A stretch of 64,000 bases of DNA from assembly GCA_000092065.1 (NCBI GenBank), contig CP000584.1; one strand, given 5' to 3'. This document shows, one piece after another, positions 37,264 to 45,785 of the stretch. The position numbers and the translations under genes are program-made. The notes beneath the pieces are model-generated. The model was not told where the DNA came from and ran no database searches. It was given only the letters and a program-made list of their open reading frames with translations. The DNA is from Ostreococcus lucimarinus. Its lineage: Eukaryota. Every line of letters starts with the position of its first letter. The first letter of the stretch is position 1.

Positions 37264-38718
37264 TTAATCTACTTTATCGCCGTGGCGGTTGAACACATCT
37301 CTCGGATTACTCCCCGGCATGACTCCGGGAGGTAACATGAACGATGTGATGGCCGCCACGATTGCGACTGTTGAATAGCCGATGAACACGATGTTGGTGT
37401 CGTGATACGATGCCCAATATGTCGTCACAAATGCCCCTCCCCGCGCGGCCATGTTCGCCCAACTGTGTCCCGTGGCGCGCACTTGCGTTGGATACGCCTC
37501 CGGAGAGATTAGCCAAGTGAGATTCCCTGCAATTGTCGCGCAAAGTCTCGCCAACATTGCAAAAACTACCATGATCACGTCGGGAACGTCTGTAATGATG
37601 ACTGGGAACGTCAACGCGAAGCCAGCAAAGAAGAAACTCATCAACTTTGAGCGACTGTAAATTTGAACGCAAAATAACGCCAAAAAGTTTGCCAAGAGTT
37701 CTCCGGCGCAAGACGCAAAGAGCGCCCAGTACGGGTACTCCGTCGACATTTCGGTCGTCTTTTTGTTCTTACCGTCCGCGAGCACTAAGAACGCTCGCGG
37801 CAAATAGAGCACGATTCCATAATAGATGAAGGTTTGCGCAAAGCTCACGATCCAAACCATCACCGTGCGCGCCGAATTCCCATCCTTGAACAACAGCGTC
37901 ACGTCCAGCGAGGCGTGCTCTTCCACCTCTAGCTCCATCTCTCCTAAGTCCACATCATTCATTTTTGCCGCTTTTGCAAGTATTTGCTCAGCCTCCTTGC
38001 GTCTGCCTTTGATGACGAGCCAGTTCGGGCTCTCGTCGACCCAATACAAACCGATGGAGCTCAAAAGCGGTGGAATCGCGCAGTACAAGCACAACATTCG
38101 CCAACCCTGACTCTCGAGCGTCGTCGCCGCTATCTGGAGCGTCATGAACGACCCGACCGTCCACCAAATCCACAATCCCATCATCACAACTCCCCGACTC
38201 GTGTTCGGACAAAACTCGCACAACAAATCGTACGGCACGCTGAAACCGCCGATGCCGACGCCGCACCCGAACCGAAACAATATCAACTGCGTCGACGATT
38301 GACTAAACGCCGAGGCGATCCCGAACGCAGTGACGAGGAACACACCCAACGCGAACGCCGGCCGTCGGCCCACGGCGTCGGCGATGAGCCCGAACAGCAC
38401 GCACCCCGCGACTTCGCCCAGGAACACGCTCCCCGCGATGTCATCCGCCTTCGCGGCGCTCAGTCCCCACTCCCGCTTACATTCGATCGTCAAGAACGAC
38501 AACAGATTTACCTCTATGCTCTCCGCCATGATGCACAGCCCGCAGACGCAGAACAGCCGCCACTGGTACGTCGACCAACCGAGCGCGTCTTTCATTTCCG
38601 CGACCGAGCGTTGCGTCGCCGACTGCGAATCGACGCGCGAGAGCGTCGCCGACCGCGGTTCGCTCGCCGAGCCGTCGGCGACGCCATCGTCGTCGTTCGT
38701 CGCGCCGGGGCGTTGCAT
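37264..38718 (-). CDS. major facilitator superfamily transporter, SV2/SVOP/organic-cation-transporter-like; track start 38781 is TTG
   Basis: 12 TM; 'LLSFLTIECKREWGLS...GLIADAVGRRPAF' (MFS motif A), 'FRFGCGVGIGGFSVPYDLLCEFCP', C-terminal half '...LYLPRAFL...'; ATG 38718 verified. Confidence 0.82.
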   Translation of the reverse strand: MQRPGATNDDDGVADGSASEPRSATLSRVDSQSATQRSVAEMKDALGWSTYQWRLFCVCGLCIMAESIEVNLLSFLTIECKREWGLSAAKADDIAGSVFLGEVAGCVLFGLIADAVGRRPAFALGVFLVTAFGIASAFSQSSTQLILFRFGCGVGIGGFSVPYDLLCEFCPNTSRGVVMMGLWIWWTVGSFMTLQIAATTLESQGWRMLCLYCAIPPLLSSIGLYWVDESPNWLVIKGRRKEAEQILAKAAKMNDVDLGEMELEVEEHASLDVTLLFKDGNSARTVMVWIVSFAQTFIYYGIVLYLPRAFLVLADGKNKKTTEMSTEYPYWALFASCAGELLANFLALFCVQIYSRSKLMSFFFAGFALTFPVIITDVPDVIMVVFAMLARLCATIAGNLTWLISPEAYPTQVRATGHSWANMAARGGAFVTTYWASYHDTNIVFIGYSTVAIVAAITSFMLPPGVMPGSNPRDVFNRHGDKVD

Positions 38719-38927
38719 GGCGCGACGCTCCGCGCGCGCGCGGCGATGGCGTCGGCGTAACACCCTGGCGCTAGGACGCAACCACGGTCAAACACGGATC
38801 ACTCGTGACGAAACGCCGAAAAGGGCGCTTTTAACGCCGTCGACGCGACGCGTCGGTGACGACGCGGCGGTGGCGGGCGCGGGAAAGCGTGCGCTAACTC
38901 TAATGTGACCTACACGCGCGATTGGCG

Positions 38928-39905
38928 CTACCTATGACGACAGGGGGTCGTGGCGTCGACGCTACGCGCGTCGGGGGGCTCGGGACAGAGCATGTGTCCC
39001 ATGATGGGGACGCATTTGTCTCGGCACGCCCCGTACGCGACGCCGCGGACGCGAAAGTCGCGCGGTCGAGACGCGCCGATCCATATTTCGGCGATCGACG
39101 TCGGAGTGATCCCGAGGGTGTGCGCCCAGGCTAAGAGTTTGGGCGCGGCGCAATCCGCGCACCCGCACGGAAGCGCGGCGACGGGCGGATGAAACACGTC
39201 GCGAAGCGGACGAACTTGTCCACCGAGGCTCGGTAATTTATAACCTTCCCAGATTTTATCCTGCAACGCGCGCGATAAGGCTTTGCGCTCGGACTTCATG
39301 TCGTCGATGCGAGCGCGCAAGCGCGCCAAGATTTCGAGTTTCGGCGCGACGGCGGCGTCGCGCGCTTTCTTCAACGTCGACATCGCTCGTTTCGACGCGC
39401 GACTCTCTTCATCCAGCGTTTCGACGATCGCATCGCTCGCCCCGTCCGCTCTGGCTCTTCGTCTCGCCTCTTTCGCGCGTTTCGCCTCCGCCGCGAGCGC
39501 TTTCGCCTCGTCGTCTCGCGCCGCCGTCGCCTCGCGCACCTCGGCGCGCGTCATCCTCTCCTCCATCTCCGCCTTCGCGATGCGCTCGCTCAGCGCCTTT
39601 ATTTTCCCGTGTTCACTCTTGTAATACGCCGTATCGTGCGTCAGCTCCCCCACCGGCGGCGCCCATCCCTCGACTCTCCACTCGCCGAACAGTTGTCCGC
39701 TAAACGCCTTCAGCGTCACCCGCTCGCCCGTCGTCTTCCGCCTCCCCACCAGCGCGCCGATCATCTTCCCTCCCTCCGCCGTCTCTAAATATTTCGCATC
39801 GAACCGCGCGTCCGCGACCGTCGCGTCGTAATCCATCCTTCCGCTCGCCCGTATCCTCTCCGCGACGTCTCGCGCCGCCGCCTCCGCCTCCGCCGTCCTC
39901 GCCAT
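38928..39905 (-). CDS. hypothetical protein with central coiled coil and C-terminal Cys/His cluster (deaminase-like 'PCGCADCAAPKLLAWAH' helix?); listed 590-aa ORF trimmed to ATG 39905
   Basis: 'MARTAEAEAAARDVAERIRASGRMDYDATVADARFDAKYLETAEGGKMIGALVGRRKTTGERVTLKAFSGQLFGEWRVEGW...' ... 'LPCGCADCAAPKLLAWAHTLGITPTSIAEIWIGA...GACRDKCVPIMGHMLCP'; upstream part of ORF overlaps PcyA coding on other strand. Confidence 0.45.
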   Translation of the reverse strand: MARTAEAEAAARDVAERIRASGRMDYDATVADARFDAKYLETAEGGKMIGALVGRRKTTGERVTLKAFSGQLFGEWRVEGWAPPVGELTHDTAYYKSEHGKIKALSERIAKAEMEERMTRAEVREATAARDDEAKALAAEAKRAKEARRRARADGASDAIVETLDEESRASKRAMSTLKKARDAAVAPKLEILARLRARIDDMKSERKALSRALQDKIWEGYKLPSLGGQVRPLRDVFHPPVAALPCGCADCAAPKLLAWAHTLGITPTSIAEIWIGASRPRDFRVRGVAYGACRDKCVPIMGHMLCPEPPDARSVDATTPCRHR

Positions 39906-41142
39906 GGCGTGTTCGCGTCCGCACCGCGCGCACGTCCCTCGACACGCGCGCGCGCGGTCGGTGTCGTCGTCGATCTCATCGCGCATCTTTCGCGCGTGTC
40001 GTTCCGCCGCGCGCGCGTTCGCGCGTCCCGCGGCGCGCGGTTCGTTCGTCGGTTCGTTCGTCGCGCGCGCGTTCGGTCGCGCCGTCGTCGCCGCGCGCGT
40101 CGCACGCGCGCGCCGGTCGCGCGCGCGCGTCGCCGACGCGTTCGCGAGCGCGCGCGCGCCGCGCGCGAGGCGCATCGCGCGGCAGCGCGCGCGCGCGACG
40201 GCGCGCGCGCGCGCGAGGGCGCGCGCGGCGACGGCGCCGACGCGCGCGCGGCGGCGCGAGGCGTCGAGCGCGCGCGCGCGCGACGACGCGCGGCGACGAC
40301 GCGCGACGCCGAAGATTCGCGTCGACGGCGACCGCGGGGCGCGGACGCGCGCGCGCGCGACGACGCTCGCGTGGCGAGGCGCCGAACGCGCGCCCGAGGG
40401 CTCGACGACGCGGCGCGCGGCGGAGGCGTTCGTCGCGCGATGGGAAGCGGCGGGGGCGAGGGCGAGCGCGCTGCCGGCGGCGATGACGTCGATGCGGCCG
40501 GGAAAAGACGCGGAGGCGAAGCTGTCGGTGGAGAACGCGGTGTACGAGAGCGACGTGTTTCGTAAGATGCACTGCGAGCTGGCGTGGGGCGACGGTGGGT
40601 TCGAGGTGCTGCACGTGGTGATGTATCCGTGGGCGGAGCGCGCGGCGCCGGTGTTCGCGGCGGACGTCGTCGGCTTCGGCGGACGCGTGTCGCTGTGCAT
40701 CGCCGACGTCGCGCCGGTGACGAAAGATTTGAGCCTGCCGAGATCTTACGTCGACGCGCTCGCGCCCGAGCTCGAACGCGCGCTCGGGGACGGGTTGACG
40801 CGACGCGAGCTCCCGGACTGGGGCCGCGCGATTCTCGGCCCGTTGTGCCTGTGCGTCGGTCCCAAAGTCGGCGACGACGCCCGAGCCGACGTCGACGCCT
40901 TCTTCCGCTACGCTTTCAAGCTTCACGACGCCAACTGCGCGCTCGCGAGCGCGCCCGAACTCATTCTTCCGAGCGATTCCTCCGTCGCGCTCGACGCCCA
41001 GGTTCGATTTTGCGAGCGTCAGCTCGAAAACGTCAAGACTCGCAGAGCGCTCGAGCGCGCCTTCGGCGTCGATCTCACCGATCGTTACATGCGTCAGGTC
41101 TTATTCGACGTCACCCCGTCCACGCCGCGCCGGCCGTCGTGA
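39904..41142 (+). CDS. PCYA: phycocyanobilin:ferredoxin oxidoreductase (ferredoxin-dependent bilin reductase, PcyA-type) with long R/A-rich plastid transit region
   Basis: 'FVARWEAAGARASALPAA...KLSVENAVYESDVFRKMHCELAWGDGGFEVLHVVMYPWAERAAPVFAADVVGFGGRVSLCIADVAP...NVKTRRALERAFGVDLTDRYMRQVLFDV' aligns to Synechocystis PcyA '[62 protein letters not shown]...[28 protein letters not shown]'; only ATG in ORF is 39904. Confidence 0.85.
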   Translation: MACSRPHRAHVPRHARARSVSSSISSRIFRACRSAARAFARPAARGSFVGSFVARAFGRAVVAARVARARRSRARVADAFASARAPRARRIARQRARATARARARARAATAPTRARRREASSARARDDARRRRATPKIRVDGDRGARTRARATTLAWRGAERAPEGSTTRRAAEAFVARWEAAGARASALPAAMTSMRPGKDAEAKLSVENAVYESDVFRKMHCELAWGDGGFEVLHVVMYPWAERAAPVFAADVVGFGGRVSLCIADVAPVTKDLSLPRSYVDALAPELERALGDGLTRRELPDWGRAILGPLCLCVGPKVGDDARADVDAFFRYAFKLHDANCALASAPELILPSDSSVALDAQVRFCERQLENVKTRRALERAFGVDLTDRYMRQVLFDVTPSTPRRPS

Positions 41143-41243
41143 CTCTCGCCGCGACGTTGTATTTATTACGCCCCTCCCCGTCTCGCCCGCGGCGTCTCGC
41201 GTTTATTTTCGTAACACCTTTCGCGATCCCACACATCGCGACG

Positions 41244-42842
41244 ATGGCGTCGAGCGAGCGCACGCCCTTGCGCTCCGACCGCGAGTCCACGCGATCGGTG
41301 TTCGCGTTCTCACCGTCGCGCGCGCGCGGGCGCGACGCCGCCGAGCCGCGCGCGGCGACGGTCGACGTCGACCCGAGCGCGGACGCAACACCCTCCGCGA
41401 GCTACGCGCGCTGGCCGCGACGCCGAGGGTACTCGATCGCCGTCCTCTGGTTCGTCGCGCTGACGCTGTGCGGGGCGGTGTTGTACGCGGTCGAACCGTC
41501 GTCGAGCGCGGCGAGCGCGCCGGCGAGCGCGACGCCGGCGAGCGCGAGCGAGGAGACGACGAGACTGGCGACGACGACGAGCGGGACGACGGCGACGAGC
41601 GGAACGACGGCGGCGAGGACGACGACGGACGGCGCGACGGATGGAACGTTGACGTTTGCGCCGGCGACGAATGAGACGACGACGACGGACGGGACGACGA
41701 CGGATGGGACGAGCGCGAGCGCGGCGACGCCGCTGACGGTGGATTGGGGCGAGGTGTTGCAGCCGGCGGGCGACGAACCGGCGACGACTGTTTCGTTGGA
41801 TGGCGAGCCGACGCCGACGTTTTCGGCGACGCCGACGCCGCCATCGCCGGCACCGATACCACCGCCCGAACCGCCGGCACCGCCGCCGGCGTTGAGCCTG
41901 TTGACGAGACATTTATTCTCGCCGAGCGCGTTCGCGCTCGGCGTCGTCGAGCGCTGCGCGGCGTGGACGACGCCCGCTTCGTGCTTGGGAGATAAGGATC
42001 TGTACGGATGCACGTGGACGGGGGTGGCGTGTCAGGTAGGGTGCGCCACGTTTGAGAGTCAAATCGGGTGCGACACGCAGGGCAGTCTGTGCGCGTTCGA
42101 TCAAGACGCCGGCGTGTGTTCGTTCGCGACGCACGGGTGCGCGGCGTACCGGGACATCGCGTCGTGCACCACGGCGGGCGGCGCGTGCGACTGGTCGGAA
42201 GGCACGTGTTTCGACATCGCGCGGGCGAACATCGTCTGCCACGCGACGTCACAGGAGGAGTGCAGAAGAGATCCAGCCGTGCCCATCGCGGAGCAGATAC
42301 CGTGCACGTGGCACGTCGAGGAGACGATTGAAATCGCCGACGCGCGCGTGTACACGGGCGCAGACGCCGCGGCTCCGAACTCGACCGGCCTGTGCGTGGC
42401 CGAACGTCGTTGCGCCGTGTTCACGAACAGTCACGATTGCGCGCAGTTATCGCCGCGATGCGTGTTCAATTTCGACCAAGGCGCGTGCGTCTCCTCGAGG
42501 CGCGTGCGCGAACAGCACAGACTGTGTTCGCCCAACGCCGACGAGCGCCATCGCTCGTGCCGCGAAGACCCTCAAACGGGCGGCGCCACATTTTGCAACT
42601 TCAGTTTTGGCCCCGCCGCTGGTTTCTGTCAGCGTTGCGGCGCCTTCGCGAGCGCCGACGCGTGCGACGCCCTCTTCAGCGATCGCGGCGCGCGCCGCTG
42701 CCGCGCCAAGTGCTTTCCGGACGAACCCATCCCGGCGCGCCTTCGCGATCACACGACGTACGAATATCCCGCCGGATATCCGACGTACGAATATCCCGCC
42801 GGATATCCCACCAACGTCACGCGACGCTCGCCGTCGCTTTAG
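41244..42842 (+). CDS. type II membrane protein: short cytosolic tail, one TM, Thr/Ser/Ala/Pro-rich mucin-like stalk, novel Cys-rich repeat ectodomain, C-terminal YEYPAGYP x2
   Basis: 'MASSERTPLRSDRE...' TM 'YSIAVLWFVALTLCGAVLYAV'; stalk 'TTTSGTTATSGTTAARTTTDGATDGT...PTPPSPAPIPPPEPPAPPPA'; about 40 Cys in repeated pattern 'CxWxGxxCxxGC', 'GCDTQGSLCAFDQDAGVCSF', 'GCAAYRDIASCTTAGGACDWSEGTCFD'; listed ORF start 40584 overlaps PcyA and is rejected. Confidence 0.62.
   Translation: MASSERTPLRSDRESTRSVFAFSPSRARGRDAAEPRAATVDVDPSADATPSASYARWPRRRGYSIAVLWFVALTLCGAVLYAVEPSSSAASAPASATPASASEETTRLATTTSGTTATSGTTAARTTTDGATDGTLTFAPATNETTTTDGTTTDGTSASAATPLTVDWGEVLQPAGDEPATTVSLDGEPTPTFSATPTPPSPAPIPPPEPPAPPPALSLLTRHLFSPSAFALGVVERCAAWTTPASCLGDKDLYGCTWTGVACQVGCATFESQIGCDTQGSLCAFDQDAGVCSFATHGCAAYRDIASCTTAGGACDWSEGTCFDIARANIVCHATSQEECRRDPAVPIAEQIPCTWHVEETIEIADARVYTGADAAAPNSTGLCVAERRCAVFTNSHDCAQLSPRCVFNFDQGACVSSRRVREQHRLCSPNADERHRSCREDPQTGGATFCNFSFGPAAGFCQRCGAFASADACDALFSDRGARRCRAKCFPDEPIPARLRDHTTYEYPAGYPTYEYPAGYPTNVTRRSPSL
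42754..42807 (+). repeat. 27-bp direct tandem repeat x2 in coding sequence (TYEYPAGYP TYEYPAGYP)
   Basis: cgacgtacgaatatcccgccggatatc x2 read directly. Confidence 0.8.
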
Positions 42843-42992
42843 CGCCTCACTCTAGCCTTGTAGTCTGCGCGCGCGACTCGCGTTCGTCCTCGCCGCGCGA
42901 CGCCGACGCCCCCGAACCGCGCGCGTCGCGTCCCTCGCCCCGCGGCGCGCGTTACACGTCGACGCGTCGACGCGCGGCGCGCCCGCGGGACG

Positions 42993-43128
42993 ATGAAACG
43001 ACGATCGAGCGAAGACGCGGCCGACGCGGACGCGAGCGAGACGCCGAGCGCGGGCAAACGCGCGCGCGCGACGACGGCGACGATCGCCGAGAATCCGACG
43101 GGCGACGACGACGTGCGTGGAGACGCGC

Positions 43129-43165
<37 letters not shown>

Positions 43166-43546
43166 ACGGCGCGATGGCCGCCGAACCGCGACGCGCGCGC
43201 GGGACGAACGCGCGACGACGACGACGGTCGGGAACGCGTCGCGTCGGATCGCGCGCGAGCGAAGGCGCGAACGGCGCGTTTAAAGAAGAGACGCGCGCGA
43301 CGGATTCGACGCGCGCGCGGAACGCGGTGACTGACGACGCGCGCGAATGTGAACGTTGATGCATAGAAATCGAACGCGAAGTCGAACCGCAGGAGCTCGC
43401 GGACGTCGAACGCCGAGCCGGAGGCGGCGGCGGAGAAGGCGAACGGGAAACCCGCCGGCAAGGCGAAGACGAAGGCGAACGGAAACGGGAAGGGCGCGAC
43501 GAAAGGAGGTGCGCGCGTCGACGATCGCGCGATTCGCGCGTTTTGA
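42993..43546 (+). CDS. candidate 2-exon small basic protein (42993..43112 + 43367..43546) or spliced 5' leader/uORF of the downstream gene
   Basis: 'MKRRSSEDAADADASETPSAGKRARATTATIAENPTGDDD' then donor 'gac|gtgcgtggagacg', (CGCGA)n, branch 'ggtgactgacgacg', acceptor 'gatgcatag|'; exon 2 'KSNAKSNRRSSRTSNAEPEAAAEKANGKPAGKAKTKANGNGKGATKGG...' stops 3 nt before next gene ATG. Confidence 0.25.
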
Positions 43547-43549
43547 GTG

Positions 43550-44509
43550 ATGATGCGTGACGGGGGACTGACGATAGGACGGTGTTTCGACGCGATCGTA
43601 GACGACGTGACGAGCGTTGACTATCGCGAGGGCGAGTCGCTCGCGGCGCACTTGAAGCTCGACGAGGGCGTGCTCGATGTGTGCATTCCCGCCGAGGCTA
43701 CGTCGACCGCGAATCAGCACTTGCGCACGAGGCAGTTGTGGGGCACGGATGTTTACACGGCGGATTCCGATATCGTCGCCGTGCTCACGCACACTGGATA
43801 TTATCGTCCGAGCGGCGTCATGCCGCCGAATCTCGGCGCGGTGCGCGCCGTCATTCGAGCGACGCCGCACCCGGAAGATGGCTATCCCTCGACGAGTCGT
43901 AACGGTATTCGATCGCGATCGTGGGGACACATCAAAGAAGGGTGCGGATTTGTCGTCGAGAGCGCGCGGGCGGTGACGAGCTCTGGCGTCGAAATCGACT
44001 TGACGCCGAACACGATGCGTCGCAAGGTTTCGCCAACGTTTTTCCCGATTGAGAAGGAGCACGTCGTGCACACGCGTAATTCTGCGGCTAACGCCACGGG
44101 TAAGAAGGGTTTGATTCGTGAAGTGACGATTCAGTACAATTTATGCAACGAACCGTGGATGAAGTACAGCGTCAGCCTCGTCGCAGATCAAGGCTTCAAG
44201 AGATCGCAGTGGACGTGCGCGCGACTTCGCCGGGAAGTCTTGTACGTCGAGACGCATCACAAGAGGTACGAGTTGAGCTGCGTGCCTGGAAAGGATGGTG
44301 AAGAGAGTAGATTCAGATGGGCCGCGAGTAAGAAGCCGCTCCCGCTTGATAAGACGCGCGAAGTGGGAGTGCCGTTGCCGAAGGCGCACGTCGACGTCGC
44401 CGCCGACGATTTGCGCTGGGACGAGATTCATTGGGGATCGAACTCGGTGATCATTCGCGACAAGGAGTACCAGCTCGCGCGCTTACAATACCTTCCGCGC
44501 GGTAAGTGA
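43550..44509 (+). CDS. conserved eukaryotic protein, possibly Rxt3-like histone-deacetylase-complex subunit (name tentative); track start 43547 is GTG
   Basis: 319 aa, strong GC3; 'GTDVYTADSDIVAVLTHTGYYRPSG...GHIKEGCGFVVESARAV...IQYNLCNEPWMKYSVSLVADQGFKRSQWTCARLRREVLYVETHHKRYELSCVP'. Confidence 0.6.
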   Translation: MMRDGGLTIGRCFDAIVDDVTSVDYREGESLAAHLKLDEGVLDVCIPAEATSTANQHLRTRQLWGTDVYTADSDIVAVLTHTGYYRPSGVMPPNLGAVRAVIRATPHPEDGYPSTSRNGIRSRSWGHIKEGCGFVVESARAVTSSGVEIDLTPNTMRRKVSPTFFPIEKEHVVHTRNSAANATGKKGLIREVTIQYNLCNEPWMKYSVSLVADQGFKRSQWTCARLRREVLYVETHHKRYELSCVPGKDGEESRFRWAASKKPLPLDKTREVGVPLPKAHVDVAADDLRWDEIHWGSNSVIIRDKEYQLARLQYLPRGK

Positions 44510-44564
44510 GGTCACTAGAAGAAATACACGCCCTTGAAAATACAATCTTATTAAAGTCTAGACT

Positions 44565-45674
44565 TCATCGCGACGAACCGAGTCGACCGCGCGGTCCTCG
44601 ACCGAACGTCTCGTCAACCATCAAATCAACGTCACCGTACTCACTTCCCTCAGTGGTCCAGTCTTCGTTTACACCACCGACGATGACTTGCTTCAAACCG
44701 AAGTACTCGCGCGAAAACTGAATCAAAGAGTTTATCAAAACGTCAAACGCCATCTCGTCCGCGGTGCCCAGATCCACCCACACGCGGGCCCACTCCGCCT
44801 TGTACTCCACCTCTGACATTTCGTGGAACACGTGCGACGATGTATCGGTGCTAAATTCGTGCGCTTGTTCCATTGAATAGTCCATGAACGACACCGAATC
44901 AAAATTTTCACCCGCCTGCATGTTGTACGAGTTGAATCCGCCCAATTTTCCGAGCACAAACCACGCTTTAAACACTTCCTCAAACAACGGTTTTTCCATC
45001 TCCGCGATCGCGTTGTGCGACTCGACCCATATCCAGCAATTGAACGGGTTCACCTCGCGAAACCTCACGAGCGTCGGCACGGTAGATCCACTCCTCTCTT
45101 GATAAATCTTCGCCTTTTTCTGCTCAAACCGTTCTCGAATCTTCGCCTCGACCGCCTTCGGATCCCCATTCGCCCCCTCCAGCAACGCCGCGATCTCCGG
45201 ATCGCGCGCCGATTCTTCCTTTAATATTTCCATCCATTTTTCATTCGCCGCCCTCGCGTCTTCGCCTTCTTCGTCCCCCGCGCGCGTCCCGCTCGCGCTC
45301 GCGCCGTCGCCGCGCGTCTCGCCTCGTCCTCCCGTCCGCCGTCGCGCCTCCCGTCGCGCCTCCCTCGCCGCGTCCGCGTCCTCGTCACTCCCGCGCGTCT
45401 CTCCTGCGCCCTCTCCCGCCGTCGCGCGCGTCCCGATCGCTCCCGCGCGTCGCCTCGCGCTCGCCCTCGCGCCGCCGCCGCCGCCCTCGCGTCGTCGTCG
45501 TCGTCGCGTCCCTCGCGCGTCGATCGCGCCGCGCGCGCGCGCGTTCGCCCGCGCCGCGCTCGCGCGCATCGTCGCCGACGCGCGCGTCGCGACGCGAGCC
45601 GTCGTCGCGCGTCGTCGTCGTGTGCGGCGCGCGAATCGCGTCGAGGGGAACGAAGCCGCGAGACCAATCGACAT
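44565..45674 (-). CDS. conserved green-lineage protein with plastid transit-like leader and Gly/acidic linker, unknown function
   Basis: ATG 45674 verified; 'MSIGLAASFPSTRFARRTRRRRATTARVATRASA...' leader; C-terminal 200 aa 'ANEKWMEILKEESARDPEIAALLEG...LVRFREVNPFNCWIWVESHNAIAEMEKPLFEEVFKAWFVLGKLGGFNSYNMQAGENFD...EWARVWVDLGTADEMAFDVLINSLIQFSREYFGLKQVIVGG'. Confidence 0.58.
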   Translation of the reverse strand: MSIGLAASFPSTRFARRTRRRRATTARVATRASATMRASAARANARARGAIDARGTRRRRRREGGGGGARASARRRAGAIGTRATAGEGAGETRGSDEDADAAREARREARRRTGGRGETRGDGASASGTRAGDEEGEDARAANEKWMEILKEESARDPEIAALLEGANGDPKAVEAKIRERFEQKKAKIYQERSGSTVPTLVRFREVNPFNCWIWVESHNAIAEMEKPLFEEVFKAWFVLGKLGGFNSYNMQAGENFDSVSFMDYSMEQAHEFSTDTSSHVFHEMSEVEYKAEWARVWVDLGTADEMAFDVLINSLIQFSREYFGLKQVIVGGVNEDWTTEGSEYGDVDLMVDETFGRGPRGRLGSSR

Positions 45675-45785
45675 TCATTTAATCCGCGCGCGGCGCGTCA
45701 CTTGTCGACGCGAGCGCGCCTCATCGCGCGTCCAACGCACGGCCTTCGACGAGGGCGTATTTTTCGTGATCTTTGCGACGCGACC

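Noticed and set aside
43560-43580. GGACTGACGATAG immediately after the Rxt3-like ATG, resembling branch + acceptor
   Set aside because: The branch-like motif abuts the AG with no spacer (at least 15 nt are needed) and the stretch reads in frame as 'GLTIG', so it is coding.
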